DNA of 64,000 nt from Phoronis australis (lineage: Eukaryota; Animalia; Phoronida), in assembly GCA_002633005.1 (NCBI GenBank), contig NMRA01000550.1, positions 1 to 64,000 on the forward strand, in the 5' to 3' direction. Shown here piece after piece: positions 24,376-37,086 of this stretch. Made by a program: the position numbers and the translations under genes. Within the stretch, counting starts at the first letter, position 1, and the number at the start of each line of letters is the position of its first letter. The notes under the pieces were generated by a model, which was not told the DNA's origin, made no database searches, and worked only from the letters and a program-made list of their open reading frames with translations.

Positions 24376-25425
24376 GTGAGTGCCTCTATTGGCCAAATAT
24401 AATACTAGTCAGATTGGGAAGTCAGATCTGGCATTATTTTGTAATGTTTAGAAATTATTATTTGTGAGCCAGTTAGTTCGCTAAATGACAGATAAGCACA
24501 GTTCAAGCTATACAGCATATCTCTTTACTTCATACGGCCAGGATTAGGCTCAGGGACAGTTTTTGTGATCACTGATGACAGCTCGTTGTTACAGAAAACT
24601 TTTGCTTTTGATGATTGCTAGTTAGCTTACAAAAACACTTCTAAAGCTTAATTGCACCTAGTAATCACCAACACCACTGGTAACAGTCTGTACTGTCTCG
24701 TTTAAACCGATCCCAAAGAGATTTCAGCTCAGTCGAATGCACCGTTTTACCAAACTGAAATTCTTTATACAATATATCAAGCCTAAGTGGGCTGAGTAAA
24801 GCTTGCTGCAGTGGATGTTTCCATAGCAATCAATGAACTTCATTTGGTGCCTGGTGCTGTCATGCAATGTAATTAGAAATGTTAACTCGCAAATTATTGA
24901 ATCAAGGAAATTTGAAACCTGCTACACCACCGGGGGATAATGGGAGATATGCTTTAGCATTGTGAGAGCACAAAACATTTTTTTTCACTTGACTCAATCT
25001 TTTGTTCTGGTGTGCAAGACTTGGCAGGGATGAAATTGAATTTCATTCATTCATGCACATTTCAAGAAGTCAAACATTTTTGAACTAGTCCTTCGAATAT
25101 CCCCCTGCACAACAGTGACAAATTTAATGGCATAGTGGTTATAAAGAATTAATGAAAAACTCTGGAAAATACCCCACTGCATTAAATCCATGGAAGAATA
25201 CGGAAAACTGTTGCCATCTAGTGGCAAAGCATATTTTATCATGTCAATGCTATATCGGAAATAGTTAGTAAGAAATAAGTGAAAGATAAAAATTTTGTAA
25301 AGATCTATATTTTGATACACTTCAACAGTTTTATTTCTTAATTTCTTCTTTGTCCCGTTGTGTGTGATTAAAACTGCAGAAATCGTTGTTTGGATTTTAT
25401 GACATTCTGGAATTTGATGTTTCAG

Positions 25426-25573
25426 CATGACCTCGCCTACAAGGAGGAGGAGTTGGACGAAATGTTTGTTTGTTTCGATAAGAACCTCAGCGACTTCATT
25501 GACTACCGAGACTTGGCTGAAGCTATGACAATCCTTCAACTGGAGAAGCGTCAGCTGAGAAGAACGATTGCGA
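25426..25573 (+). CDS. EFCAB12: EFCAB12-like exon, EF-hand 2
   Basis: tttcag|CAT...A|gtgagt; EEELDEMFVCFDKNLSDFIDYRDLAEAM, ends phase 1. Confidence 0.9.
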
Positions 25574-25596
25574 GTGAGTCTTTTTGTCGTTGTACA

Positions 25597-25644
<48 letters not shown>

Positions 25645-25672
25645 GCTGCTGCCGCTGCTGCTGCTGCTGCTG
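25597..25672. repeat. (GCT)n microsatellite, ~25 units with two interruptions
   Basis: read directly; intronic, just downstream of a donor. Confidence 0.95.
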
Positions 25673-26628
25673 TCGTCAAGGAATTGACAATTATTTGTAT
25701 TGATCATCCCCGTAAGGTTGGGAGAAGTGCTGAAGAATGTAAATTGAAATTGATTGATTTCTTTTCTTATGTCATGTAATGAGGGATTGTGATTATTGTA
25801 TGCAGGTGATTTCTTTCATTTGTTTTCCCTTCGACTCCATATGAAGACTAGACTTAAAGTGGCTGTAGTCCTATTTTGTCACAAAAACCTGTTTTTGATT
25901 TCAACCACATGCTGTACTGTAATGAGCTTGGTCTTGAATTGTTTCAAAATGAAGTCAAAAAAGTCAAAATAAATGTGACGAATCACAATTGCTTGAGACG
26001 AGGTTCTGCAAGTTGACTTGTCACTGCGAGTCATTTTATTCACCAATCATGGTCTCCAGCAATAACGAGCTGTCAGTTTTTTGTAAGACCGAAAATCAAA
26101 TCTCATCTGAGTAAGGAGTTGACAATAGTTTTATAGAGGCAAGTGGTCTGACTAAATCAGCAGTTAGTTTCTTCAATGGAAGATGGGTTGATAGCTTTGC
26201 TTTAAGTACAATAAGTAAAACAAAATACTCGTGCACGAAAAATTGTCAAGATGACACGTGCACAAGAAATCTCATCGCTTGTAGTTTTAACAGAAGAAAG
26301 CCGGAGTTTTAGAATTAAGACACAATCCTGAACATGCAGTGACAGTGTGTGTTAAACATCATTTTCATGACAGGTTTAACAAATTTAAAGCACTTCACAT
26401 GTAACTCAGCTGTTTGCGATTCATCAATGTGCTTTATCCATCTCAACCCCTGGGGAAGTAAGCAAGACTTACAATGGGAGCTGCCTGTCTCAGGGCATCA
26501 CCACCTCATATTTACAGCTTCCTAAATGCTGTATCCACACGCAGACAAGTTCCACCTCTTCACCCATTTCTACCCCATTGAGCCTTTCTCGTGTTTTATT
26601 TATCTCTTGGGTTCTTTACTTCTCGTAG

Positions 26629-26952
26629 GCGGTAAGTCAATCTCCGCTAAAGACTGGGACTCCATGTTTTCATCATCCCCCGTGACGACCCCGGGGGCAC
26701 CGTCAAGGCCCCACACCCCCAACCAGCTGGAGGTCCCCCCATCAGACAACAGGAAGGAGCAGTTCATGCTCTCCTCCGATGAGGCTATGGTTGATCTGCG
26801 TAAACGGGACAGAGAGGCATTAAAGAACAACGTCCGACTGGCTCATACTGTCAATTTACCAGATGAGGGTGTGGCAGAGGGCGGCGTCATGAGTGCCGTC
26901 GACACCCCAGCTTTCATTACACCAAAACAAGACAAACCTCCATTTTCAACAG
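26629..26952 (+). CDS. EFCAB12: EFCAB12-like exon
   Basis: tcgtag|GC...G|gtattt; NQLEVPPSDNRKEQFMLSSDEAMVDLRKRDRE; phase 1-1. Confidence 0.85.
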
Positions 26953-27358
26953 GTATTTATGACACATTTTCTCATGTTCGTAATTCAAATCATTCCATCT
27001 CATTGTTAAAACACTATGAACTGTTCAAGGCCATAAACACTTTGGCCTGTCATTTATGAATTGCATTAGGACCTGCAGCCATTCCTCAGAGAATCTGGTC
27101 ATAGGTGTCTTTGGGGATCTGACTTCCATCTTCTGTTGTGTTTGTAGAAAGTCAGAACATTGGACTTACAAGTGCAATTCAGCGTGGCCACTGCTCGTGT
27201 AAATTAATAGTCTGATCAGAATTCTTAATATTTTTTATTTCATTGGAATTCTGTTTTTTGTTGACATTTTGTGTCAGGAACATGTGGTACTGTAGGCTTT
27301 TGGCAAAAAGTGTAAAATTTGATCTAGTTTTGTAAATCATTGATGTCTACTCCTTCAG

Positions 27359-28512
27359 GTCGCGGACCCACTAGGTCACCACAGTGGTTTCCACCCCAGT
27401 CACGGACAGCCGGCCGAAACACTGGGTCCAACCTGAGAGAGAATTACCCGGATGAAGAGATCGCTAGACCATACACTAACCTGGAGAAAGAGGAGCCACT
27501 TGTTCCTGATGAGGAACTGGATGATCAGATCCGACCTTTGACCCCAGTTCACTCACTGGCAGCAGTGACTAAATCTGCTTCATCAGGGGCCACTAGGAAA
27601 ATTGTGAACACCTCAGCAGGCCGTAGTGGACACACATCACCACTTTTAAGTTCCGCCAAATCTAAACCAATTGCTAGACTTGGCAGTAGGGGGACCCGCT
27701 TTACCAACTCGCCATGTTCGAGCAAGTCGCTGAGGTCTGGGAAGTCCACTCGGTTTTCAAAGGAAGCATCAAATATAATAAAAACTGGTGTCAAGGCTAT
27801 CGATAATCACATGAGGCCCTCTGTTCTTGGGGGAGAAACTGCTGAAATGACGAACAAGTTCAGGCGACTGAAACTAAAGGAATATTACGAAATAATAAGA
27901 CTGTGTCAGCAAAATGGTATTGTATTCAATGAAGGGTTATTTCAACGTGTGTTGCTTCACCCTGGAGACAAAGTACCACGTGAACTAAGGAAAATCCGCC
28001 AGCCTGCAAATCCACTCTTGTCTGCTCATTTCGCTGATCCACCGGAACGTGTAAAAACACCAACAATCATTAAACAGAAAGGTAAGCTGAAGCAAGCTGC
28101 AAATGGGGATATATTTATCAACTCTAGGCATCTTTACAAACAAAGGAACCAGTGTACACCTGCGGCAGAGAAAGTAGAACTGTCAACAGGTAGAGCTGTT
28201 GTAGCTAGAAAGATTGACTGCTGGATGACATATGAAGAGTACTGTAATTTGACCAGACAATATGAAGAACGCTACATTAAAATGAACGGCTATGTGAACA
28301 TGGACGCCTTCTGGCCTGGTTATATGCTGGACAAAATGAGACTTCACATGCCGGAACCAGACAATGCAGGTACAGGAAAGAATGCCATTTATAGCCACAC
28401 AAAACAAAGAAAACCAACCAATCCCGGTTATTTTCACAGAGAGGTGTGGCCCGAAAGTGACAGTGGTTATATAAAATATGGGGATATCACCATGGACCAT
28501 AGAAAACATTAG
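27359..28512 (+). CDS. EFCAB12: EFCAB12-like last coding exon
   Basis: cttcag|GT; IDNHMRPSVLGG, RVLLHPGDK, IRQP and DAFWPGYMLDKMRLHMP match EFCAB12 C-terminal motifs (LLYPGDK, IRQP, FWPGHLLDKLQLYLP); TAG at 28510-28512. Confidence 0.92.
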
Positions 28513-29994
28513 TGTACAAACATGATAGTTGGTGCTGTTCTGATTAGGCCAAAAAAGTTGATTCTGTCTGTACCCCACTCATTTTAAGACTTGCACTCAC
28601 TGACTAAAAAACAATGCCCACCTTCATCAATTTCAGCCAAAGTCTTGTAGTTTTTTGACAAGCTGTACAAAGGCTCTTAAGCAAGGTCTGAATTTCCATT
28701 GCCAAAAAAACAAATCCCTCATCATTTTTGCTCATATGGGGTGGATTTTTTTTCTTGAAAAAGTAAGCAATTAAAATATAGCCTAGCACCCACTCGATTT
28801 TCAGAAAAGAACGAGAACCATCTATGCTTTTTGGCCTTATATTACTAGCTTGGAATTAAATTTTTAACCAAAGTTATTGAGCAGGTATAGGATCACTATT
28901 GTGAGGACTTTGGAACAAATAATAGTGGGTGGCAGGGCAATGAGTATGGCTGTATTATGAGCCATAATCATCTGTTGGATAGAGTCATGACTTTGGTTGA
29001 TTTATACCCATCTAGCTGGGAGGGGATAGCTAAAGTAGTCAACATTCTCAACTGCCCTGTCCCCACACTTGACTTTGAACGTGAAAATCTGGACATGTTG
29101 GATGTTTGCTTCATTTTTATTATTGTTATTATTATTGTTGTTGTTATTATTATTCACAGTAGTGAGAAGTCAGTTTGTAAAGTCATGGAAAGTAAGTTCT
29201 TAGTGTGAATTGTCGGGTCCAAGTCAAAATTGCTAACTCAAAGTGGGTGAAAAAATCACCATTCATTACAAATGAGAAATATGCTTGAATAACACAAACT
29301 CAATCTTACAACAAATTGTAGTTAGCCCTCCATTTACAATTGAAATTTCAGTTTTGTGAAATACATCTCATACCATAATCTTTTATGATATATTATGTAC
29401 TGTACCATGTGAATGGTTCACGACATGTACCTTGTACTATAAATTTACACTTGTATTGCAAAGATCATTCTAAATTACTAACATTTTCTTCAGTGAGTGC
29501 ACATGCACCAAGTCCCTTGGAAAACCAGGGAAAGTGGGAAAGTACAGGAAATTTGATTACAGTTTCTCTAAGGCTTAAAAAGTAATAGATTTAGCTGTTG
29601 CTACTCTTGAGAATAAAAACCTATTATGGCTATGTATGCATTGAAGTCAGCAGCATATGTCTGAATGAAGTCAGCAGCATATGTCTGAATGCCAAGCTCT
29701 CTGCAAACATTCACTCTAACCGTTATTTGCTCTGGGCTGGTTTGCATAAAATGTCAGTTTTGATCGGTAACAATGTAACAGTGTGATATGATCATTATCC
29801 ATTGGGTGAATTTAATGCAACTGGGTCATTCTAGTTGATGTATCTGTGGAAACATTCCTGTTGAAATTTATTATATTATTGTTGCGTTATTGCAAATCAG
29901 ACTGCTGAAATTGTTAAAATACGTTGAGATGGTGTCTTCACCATTTGTACAATGTTGACAAACTTTGTTGAAATGTGTGATTGTGTACCAATCT

Positions 29995-30000
29995 AATAAA
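29995..30000 (+). terminator. candidate polyadenylation signal for EFCAB12
   Basis: AATAAA followed by GT-rich sequence; an alternative AATAAA lies at 29612-29617. Confidence 0.3.
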
Positions 30001-30439
30001 ACCAGATTTTGATATCTGCACACTGTCAGTGTTTCAGTGAATTCCTAACGCTGGGGGTGATTTGTCTTTTCACTCAGATTTGTTAAAATCACTTGGGTTA
30101 GAAACTTAAATCTTGGTTACACTGAAGTACCGTATTTAAGGTGTAACTTTCTGCTTTTAGGGTGTCATTTTTCATGAAATGTATCTGTATTTGTGCCATT
30201 GACACATAACACATCCCGATCCCGCGTGCTGGTGTGGGGGCTTTAATGAGGCTGATACTTTTTAAGTAGAATGACAAAAAATTGTGCTTAGGTCCTTAAA
30301 TCTAAAAACGATGTACGGTTTTTTTATCTACAATTGGCATTTTTGTAAAAAATAGAATGGAACATTTAGAGCCCAATTAGTTTTTACATCGAAATAAAAC
30401 AATTGGAGGTAACTATTGCAAAGCAAAAATATTAATATA

Positions 30440-30520
30440 CATGTGCGCACCCAGCCTAAAAAATGGGGAGCTCGAATTTTTGCGAATGTGGACCTTTTAC
30501 GAAAAAACAGGGTACGTTCA
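30440..30520. mobile_element. truncated copy of CATGCGCGCACCC-family MITE
   Basis: catgtgcgcacccagcctaaaaaatgggg..ctcgaatttttgcgaatgtggaccttttac matches the end of 52094-52330 in inverse. Confidence 0.65.
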
Positions 30521-31472
30521 GAGCTATGAATTGTGCATTCATCTAATTTTGGTACTTTCTGGCGCAAAGCGTGATTGATTTTAGTACGGCAGAAGTTCGC
30601 TAATTTCGACCTTATGATCTTATCATTGTAATAAGTCACTTTTAGATTGTAACCATGCATAGTGATGAAATGTTGATCGATATTTGGGAAGATCTTTGCA
30701 AATAGCAATGGTTTGTTCACGGGTTGAACTCAACAAAACACTCATTTGTTGGAGTTGAGAACAATTGTGACGGGACAGGCTGTAGCCTGTTCAAATACCT
30801 AAATCCAGTCACTTGTCGTTACGCCATTTATTGATATGACAGGGATCCTTCAAGTTAGTGAAAAACTCTTGGTTTGCACAGTTGAGTAAGGGAGCCGGAT
30901 CAAGGCGACTGAGTTTTGATCGAGTGTTGTGATCAAATCAAGCCTGATTTCATTGCTTCATTTTCATTTTGTCATTTTTGTTCATCAAACGAGACTCTTG
31001 AGCTACGGTTCTAGACAACACGTGATTTTCAGGCAAAATTAATCAACAAAACAGACAATTACGTTGATCATTCTTGATACGTACCGACGTGTGGCCCTGG
31101 CCTGCGGATATCGAATAGCATGGCCTCAGATATCTTTTCATGTCCAGTCTCAGAACCACTGGCACTTTCGACAATAAAAAGTTTAGACCCTACTAACAGG
31201 TGTGTTTACTTAACTTTCGAAAAACTGCTCGTACTTGCATTGCTGAGTGTGTGTGTGTGTGTGCGTGCGTGCGTGTGTGTGTTTCTGTTTGCATAAGTAA
31301 TGACTGTTTACTATTCTTTCTATGATAATTAATTTGTGCAATGTTTATTTGTTGGCCAAAAATTTTTTGTTTATTCGATTTCTGAGCAACGAATGTTGTC
31401 TGCAGTATTTGTAAAAACATTCAATCCAATACTTCGTGTTGCTGTCAACGAACAGTACTTGCTTACAGTACG

Positions 31473-31889
31473 TGTACTTGCCGATTGTCCCGTTGTTGGC
31501 GGACTATCCCGCTTTTAATTTTTTACCGTCAGCCTACCGACACCATCAAAATGTCCCGCTTTTTGACACACCGCGACACTGACATATCATGTACTACTGT
31601 GTGTTCCCACACGGCATGACACTGTTTTCCCGTTCGTCAAAAAACGGGACGTTTTATGGGTTTTTGAGGCATCCGCAATTGCCTATTCGACTTAAAAAAT
31701 GCCGCCGGGCGCTTTTTGGGTGGAACGCCTCGCGTTTGAAAAAACAGTCAGGACGTTTTTGTGTGTTGCACCGGGCGAACATTTCACCATTGCGTTTTAG
31801 CAAAGACCTAGATGCCTCACTTTATATCTGTAAGTCCCGCTTTTCAATCCAGTTGTCCCGTGTTTTCATTCTCGAATGTTAACAACTAT
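31473..31889. mobile_element. degenerate hAT-like non-autonomous element
   Basis: multiple subterminal (T)GTCCCG/CGGGAC motifs in both orientations; weak terminal inverted similarity. Confidence 0.35.
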
Positions 31890-33402
31890 GGAACAGGTAT
31901 TTATTTGTCGTTTTGTCATGGTGAATATTGTTACTTTACAGAGACCACTTTCTTTAGTAACTTGAACATAACAATCGTAAAAATATGTTCCAATGTCTCT
32001 TGTTTACGGTAACGAACGTTGCGTGTATCAGGATCATCAATTTTTACTTTCTGATGAAATGAATTTATTTACAAACTACTATGGAAAGTCCTATGTACAT
32101 TTCAAACCTACACAATTGGTGTTTGCTCATTTTATCAGTCAGAAAGCTTTTATCTGCAAATTTCGGACAGACTGTTGGAGTAATTAGTTTATCACATTCC
32201 TGTATATGTCACTATATCCTGAATGTTTTACTGAATAAATGTATCAAGCAGCATCAAAAGTCCAATTAATATTTAAAGATGCGTAGTGTTGGATGAATGC
32301 CTGACTAAATTCTTCACAGCAAATGTTAAGATCCATATTCTAAAATCTTTGAAATAATTGAAATTATTTCCCTGCTGGTTTAATTAGTCATTCATTTAAT
32401 CTCTCTTTTTTCTGTTTCTAGTACACCCTGTTATTTTTCGCATTTTGGTAACAAAAATATTTTTTAAAATTGTCAGCTATGCGAAATGATGATTATTCAA
32501 GTATGGGTCGTTTGCTTCAGCTATAACCGTACACCATAAAGAATTGAAGAAGGACTTCTAAAGATATGATTCGCATGCAATTCGGTGGAGTTGTGAAAAG
32601 TTTTAGTGACAGTAAATTCCTTAGGAATAACCAACACCGTAGCAAACGAATGCAAACAAGTGCCACGCATACGCGGCGCAACCTCAGCAGCCAGAGATCG
32701 AAGTTGACATTCCAGAGCTAGAGTCGTTATGCTATATTATGTAGACGACAGTGTGTTTTCATTTTTGGGATGGATACGACGTATTCGATGACACCTAGTG
32801 GCCATTTTAATGTCCGAGTCTGTTTCTGTTGTCTCTCTCTATACGTGCCAAACCGCTCAGTCGAGGATCATTATGAAAATTGCCAGGTGTGTTCTTATTG
32901 ACACGAGCATGACTAGCGTAGATTTCCAAATAAGTCCAATTATTGCGAACACTCCTACTCACATCTTTTTTTTCATCTGCGGCTGTATCTAGCAAACCCT
33001 TTGCAAGATCGCAATGCGGAAAGTGTATTCCTATTAACTTGGCAACAATTGGACGGATTCGACGACCGGTGTGCCTCCTATTTATTTATTTTGGCTCTTT
33101 ATCTTTGGAGTTATTAGCGTATTTTCATGAAATTTGGCTAATGGTTGTGTATCAGAGAGACGGCATTTCAACGCTCCTTTCTGAATACACGATTGGACTT
33201 CTCTTGGCTTACTAATATGGCTATCGTTTAATTTGGCGTGACACACGGATGTGCGTGCGGCATCCCGCAAATTATATACATGTCTATTTATTGAGCAAAT
33301 GGCCGATTTAGTTGGACAAGACTTTGTTTGGCCACCAGCTGAATTGAGTGTCACTTGTGTGGGCACGTGACTGGCAGAATTGTTGACAATAAGACACATA
33401 CA

Positions 33403-33640
33403 GCCGATTTCATAAAGGTAGTTTAAAGTTAAACCTGGTTTAAACTGGACTTAGACCAGGTTTAAAGATAATCTGCATTTCATAAAGGTGGTTTAACTTT
33501 TAGACTAGTGGTCTAGTAAAACCTGGTTAACTTCAGTTTAGACCTGGTCTAAATTAGTTTTCATTTCAACAAAGAGGTATATATTACTTAGGCCTGTATA
33601 ATGTTTTTTATACAGGTTAACTTTAGACTTGGTCAGACCC
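33403..33640. mobile_element. Harbinger-like MITE fragment with palindromic subterminal repeats
   Basis: gccgatttcataaagg start; repeated aaacctggtttaaac / tagaccaggttt / tagacctggtcta. Confidence 0.45.
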
Positions 33641-34542
33641 AGATTTAGTACTATTAAATATGGCAGACTTGTACGATATAGGCGCAAATTAATGACGCTG
33701 TGTGCATTTACGATGTCGTTTTAGAGCAAGAACTGACTATTTTCAATATTCAGTTTTAGGACGACACAAGATCAAACGTAACACGGGGGGGACTGAGAAT
33801 TTTTGAAGGGGGGAGCGGATCAAGGATTTTTAAAAGGAGGGTCTGGGTCACTAAAATCAAGGGGTCCGGACCCCTTGAACCCCTGGATCCGCCTATACGT
33901 AGACCCGCAGTACGTACCGAAGGGTGTTCTTTGGATTCCTCAGAGTATGACGGTTCGAGCAGAGCGTCATTGTCGCAAGCGCTACGCGTATGACTAAAAG
34001 GGCATCTAATACTATGAGTTCCATCTCCATTGGTCCCCGATTTAAGGTTGCCGCGAAGGGGTCCTGCCCAGGGGCGGATTTAGAGGGGGGCAAGGGGATC
34101 ATGGCTCCCCTAAAATTCTCCTCGATTCCATTTGGCAGTTCGGGGATGCGAATGTCTGACGGGCAAAATCCAGGCAACCGCATTGCATAAGAGTCATATC
34201 ATTAGAGAGCGCTTCTTGATGATTATACCAGAAACAAGAATCAAAAGATCAATCAGTAAGTAATTATCATTTCGCATACCTGGTTTAAATGTATTATTAA
34301 AAAAACAGTGTTTCCAAAATGCAAAACAATAACAGCGTGTAATAGTAAATAGCAACACAAACAAGGAAATGAACCAGAGAGCTTATGTAAATAACTAATT
34401 AAGACATGACAGAAAAAAGCATTGACTCAAACGATTTTTACCCTATAAAGACAAAGGTTTTAGATTATGGATAACTCACATTTGCTGTGGATAATTTAGT
34501 CAGGCATTCATCCAAAATTATACATGTAATATTTTGAACATC

Positions 34543-34695
34543 AGGGTCCAGTTGCATAAAAGTTATACGCCGTATAGCAACAATGACATCGCATAATCAC
34601 GCGTCGCGTTTTTATTGTTGAACAATGCACCTGACGTCATGCAACAATCAAACTTATCCAGTGGTTAACTTTTGAAACTTTATGCAACTCAGCTC
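34543..34695. mobile_element. Harbinger-like MITE
   Basis: agttgcataaa / tttatgcaact inverted ends; second copy at ~57819-57958 (acgccgtatagcaaca..gacatcg..ttattgttgaacaatgc..caatcaaacttatccag). Confidence 0.65.
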
Positions 34696-34987
34696 TGTTG
34701 CATAGTTTTCACGGTCAACATTCAAGAACGAAAAAATGGAACAACGGGATTGAAAAGGGGGACTTCAGAATAAATAAAGGAACATCTGGGTCTAAGCCAA
34801 AACTTAAGGGTAAAATGTTCACTGCCACACACAAGACGTACCGACGACGTTTTTCGTCGAACGGGAGATGTAACATCGGAAAAAGTCCTACAGCGTTTTT
34901 TCGTTGTTTATTTGTTATTGAATGGTGCCACAAAAACTCATGAAACGATCTGTTTTTTCTTTTTAGACGAACGGGAAAATATGGCTA

Positions 34988-35412
34988 CCGGGAATATCCG
35001 TAGATAAACCCACCCGATGAAACGCCCATGGGCGTTTAATCGGAAAATTATGCCAAATAAACTCTCGTGGGCATTTATCTAGTGTTACTTCTGGAGTCAA
35101 GTGTCAGTGGGCTTTTATATGGAAAATTTCCTTTTATAAGCCCACACAGCGTCAACTTTTTGTCACGAATTCAGTTTTGTGGAGCATTTATTATTTATAA
35201 AAACGAACAAGGTATTGGCGAACTATGCATTTATTAACATAAAATTTAAAAACACTGTTTGAAATAACAAAATGTCAGCAAAACTATGGCTACGTTTACA
35301 CGGCCCCCTTTTTCGAATAAACGCCCTGGTGTTTATTTGGTTTTAGCTAAAATGTCTGAAAATTTTCATTTTTCCGAATACACACCCATGGGCTTATCCA
35401 CGGAAATTCGAG
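34988..35412. mobile_element. Tc1/mariner (pogo-like) MITE
   Basis: TA flanks; imperfect TIR gaatatccgtagataaaccca / tgggcttatccacggaaattc; internal aaacgccc..ggcgttta motifs. Confidence 0.55.
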
Positions 35413-35619
35413 TAGGCAATTACAAACATATGTGATCATATGTCATTTTTTTGTATTTTATTTCACGGATATAGGTAAATAGTACAGATAACAGTAAGCC
35501 TACTTCTCAGAAATCGAGTTAACAAAAACGTCGTCTGGGCAACAGGTAAACATCGCTCAAAATGAATTATTATAGAAACAATTGTAAACAGTAATAACAC
35601 ACACACATACATGCGGGGT

Positions 35620-36620
35620 CGTGGTAGAGCGTTAGGGAAGATATGCTCAACATTCTGTGATAACAAGAATTTAGGATTCGAAACGTTTAATACAATATTT
35701 GATTTGTGTGTGTGTGGCACCTTTTTTGGATTACGGGTCATCTGTTTGGGGTTACAAAAACTTTGGTAACAGAGCTATGCGTTTTTATATAGGGGTCAAC
35801 CGATTTACAGCCACTCGCAGTTAGTGGCGATGTGGGGTGGGGACTCCACCAGAAATAGATTTAAATTGAATATGTTGCGTCTTTGGAACAAACTACCAAC
35901 CACATGTAATGACAGGTTACTGAAGAAGGTATTTCTGTGGGACTATTCTGTTGGTAGAAATGGTTGGAACGACGGAATCGAAAATTTGTTTACATTTCTG
36001 CCATGCAATCCTGTTTTCAAAATTTGACTATTTTTAACATAGTAGATGCTAGCAACAAACTATTTGAATACTCGAAACATGTTTGGGCTGAGTCTAAGTT
36101 AAGAATCTACATTTAATTTAAGTACGAGTTTTTAACTGAACCGTATGTAAAGCTTAATTTATCTCATTCCGAACGATCTCTTCTGGTTCTGTATTAGGAA
36201 ATTGGTTGTTATGTTAACACTCCTGTAAGTGAAAGACTTTAATTGTGTTGTGATTCTGGTTCTGTGGAAGATGAGCTACATTTTGTGTTTGATTGTTCTC
36301 TTTATAGCTCACGGAGGTCTATTCTTTTTAATGATGTTTCACTCCAAGTCCCGAACTTTGCAGATTTCATAAAATTAGATACGTTAAAACTGCTGTGTCA
36401 GTATTTCCCTAGGCAATTTGCCAAATATCAAGTCTGCTTTTCAACTTAGAAACCGTCTCATTTATGGTAGACCTACATCTGAGTTGTGTGGTTTAAGTGA
36501 CTAATAAGCCCAAGTGGGCAGGGTACTTATTTTCCTTACGAATGTCATACCTTTAACTGTTCGAATTAATTGTACTTGTCACTATAATAAATAAATACAA
36601 TACAGTACAATAAATACACC
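35620..36620 (+). mobile_element. non-LTR retrotransposon (RTE-X/L2-like) 3' relic
   Basis: broken frames LDYGSSVWGYK..NRAMRFYIGV..AVSGDVGW..LNMLRLWNKL..DRLLKKVFLWD..CDSGSVEDELHFVFDCSLY (ORF2 C-terminal Cys/His motif); tail aataaataaatacaatacagtacaat. Confidence 0.8.
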
Positions 36621-37024
36621 ACTTAGGTCAGCAATTACGAGCAATTTTCAAAAGTTACGTAAACATAGCTGTATTTAGGGTATAAACTTCTCATTTAGGC
36701 CAAATGTAACTTCTTTACGTTTAATACAGTGACATGATTTTTAACACCCAAATTAGTCGTGTTAAACAACTCCTGGCATGTGATATCAGAGGCGGATCTA
36801 GGATATCACAAGGGGGGCCCAACATTTTCTCCGGCTGTAAGCATTTGCGCAAACCACGATTGTAGATGCGCACAGCACCGAATGGGGGAGGTCGGGAGGG
36901 GGGCAAACCCCCCTCCCGCCCAGGAAATTTTTNATTTCTGATGTATTATCCAAGAAAAAAAGGGAAAAAAAAAAAGAAAAAAAAAACGGAGAACGTGTCA
37001 CACAGTAAAAATTGCGAGTTTCAC

Positions 37025-37086
37025 AAACTCGAACTCAAGACCTGGCTGATAGGACGCGCGTGCTTTACCACAACACCACCACGACT
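37025..37086 (-). mobile_element. tRNA-derived SINE head
   Basis: minus strand gtcgtggTGGTGTTGTGGtaaagcac...GAGTTCGAGTtt: A and B boxes. Confidence 0.5.

Noticed and set aside
25051-25707. 218-aa poly-Ser ORF on minus strand
   Set aside because: Antisense to an EFCAB12 exon and the CTG repeat; no domain signal
32798-33399. cluster of short overlapping ORFs
   Set aside because: No recognisable domain or consistent splice structure
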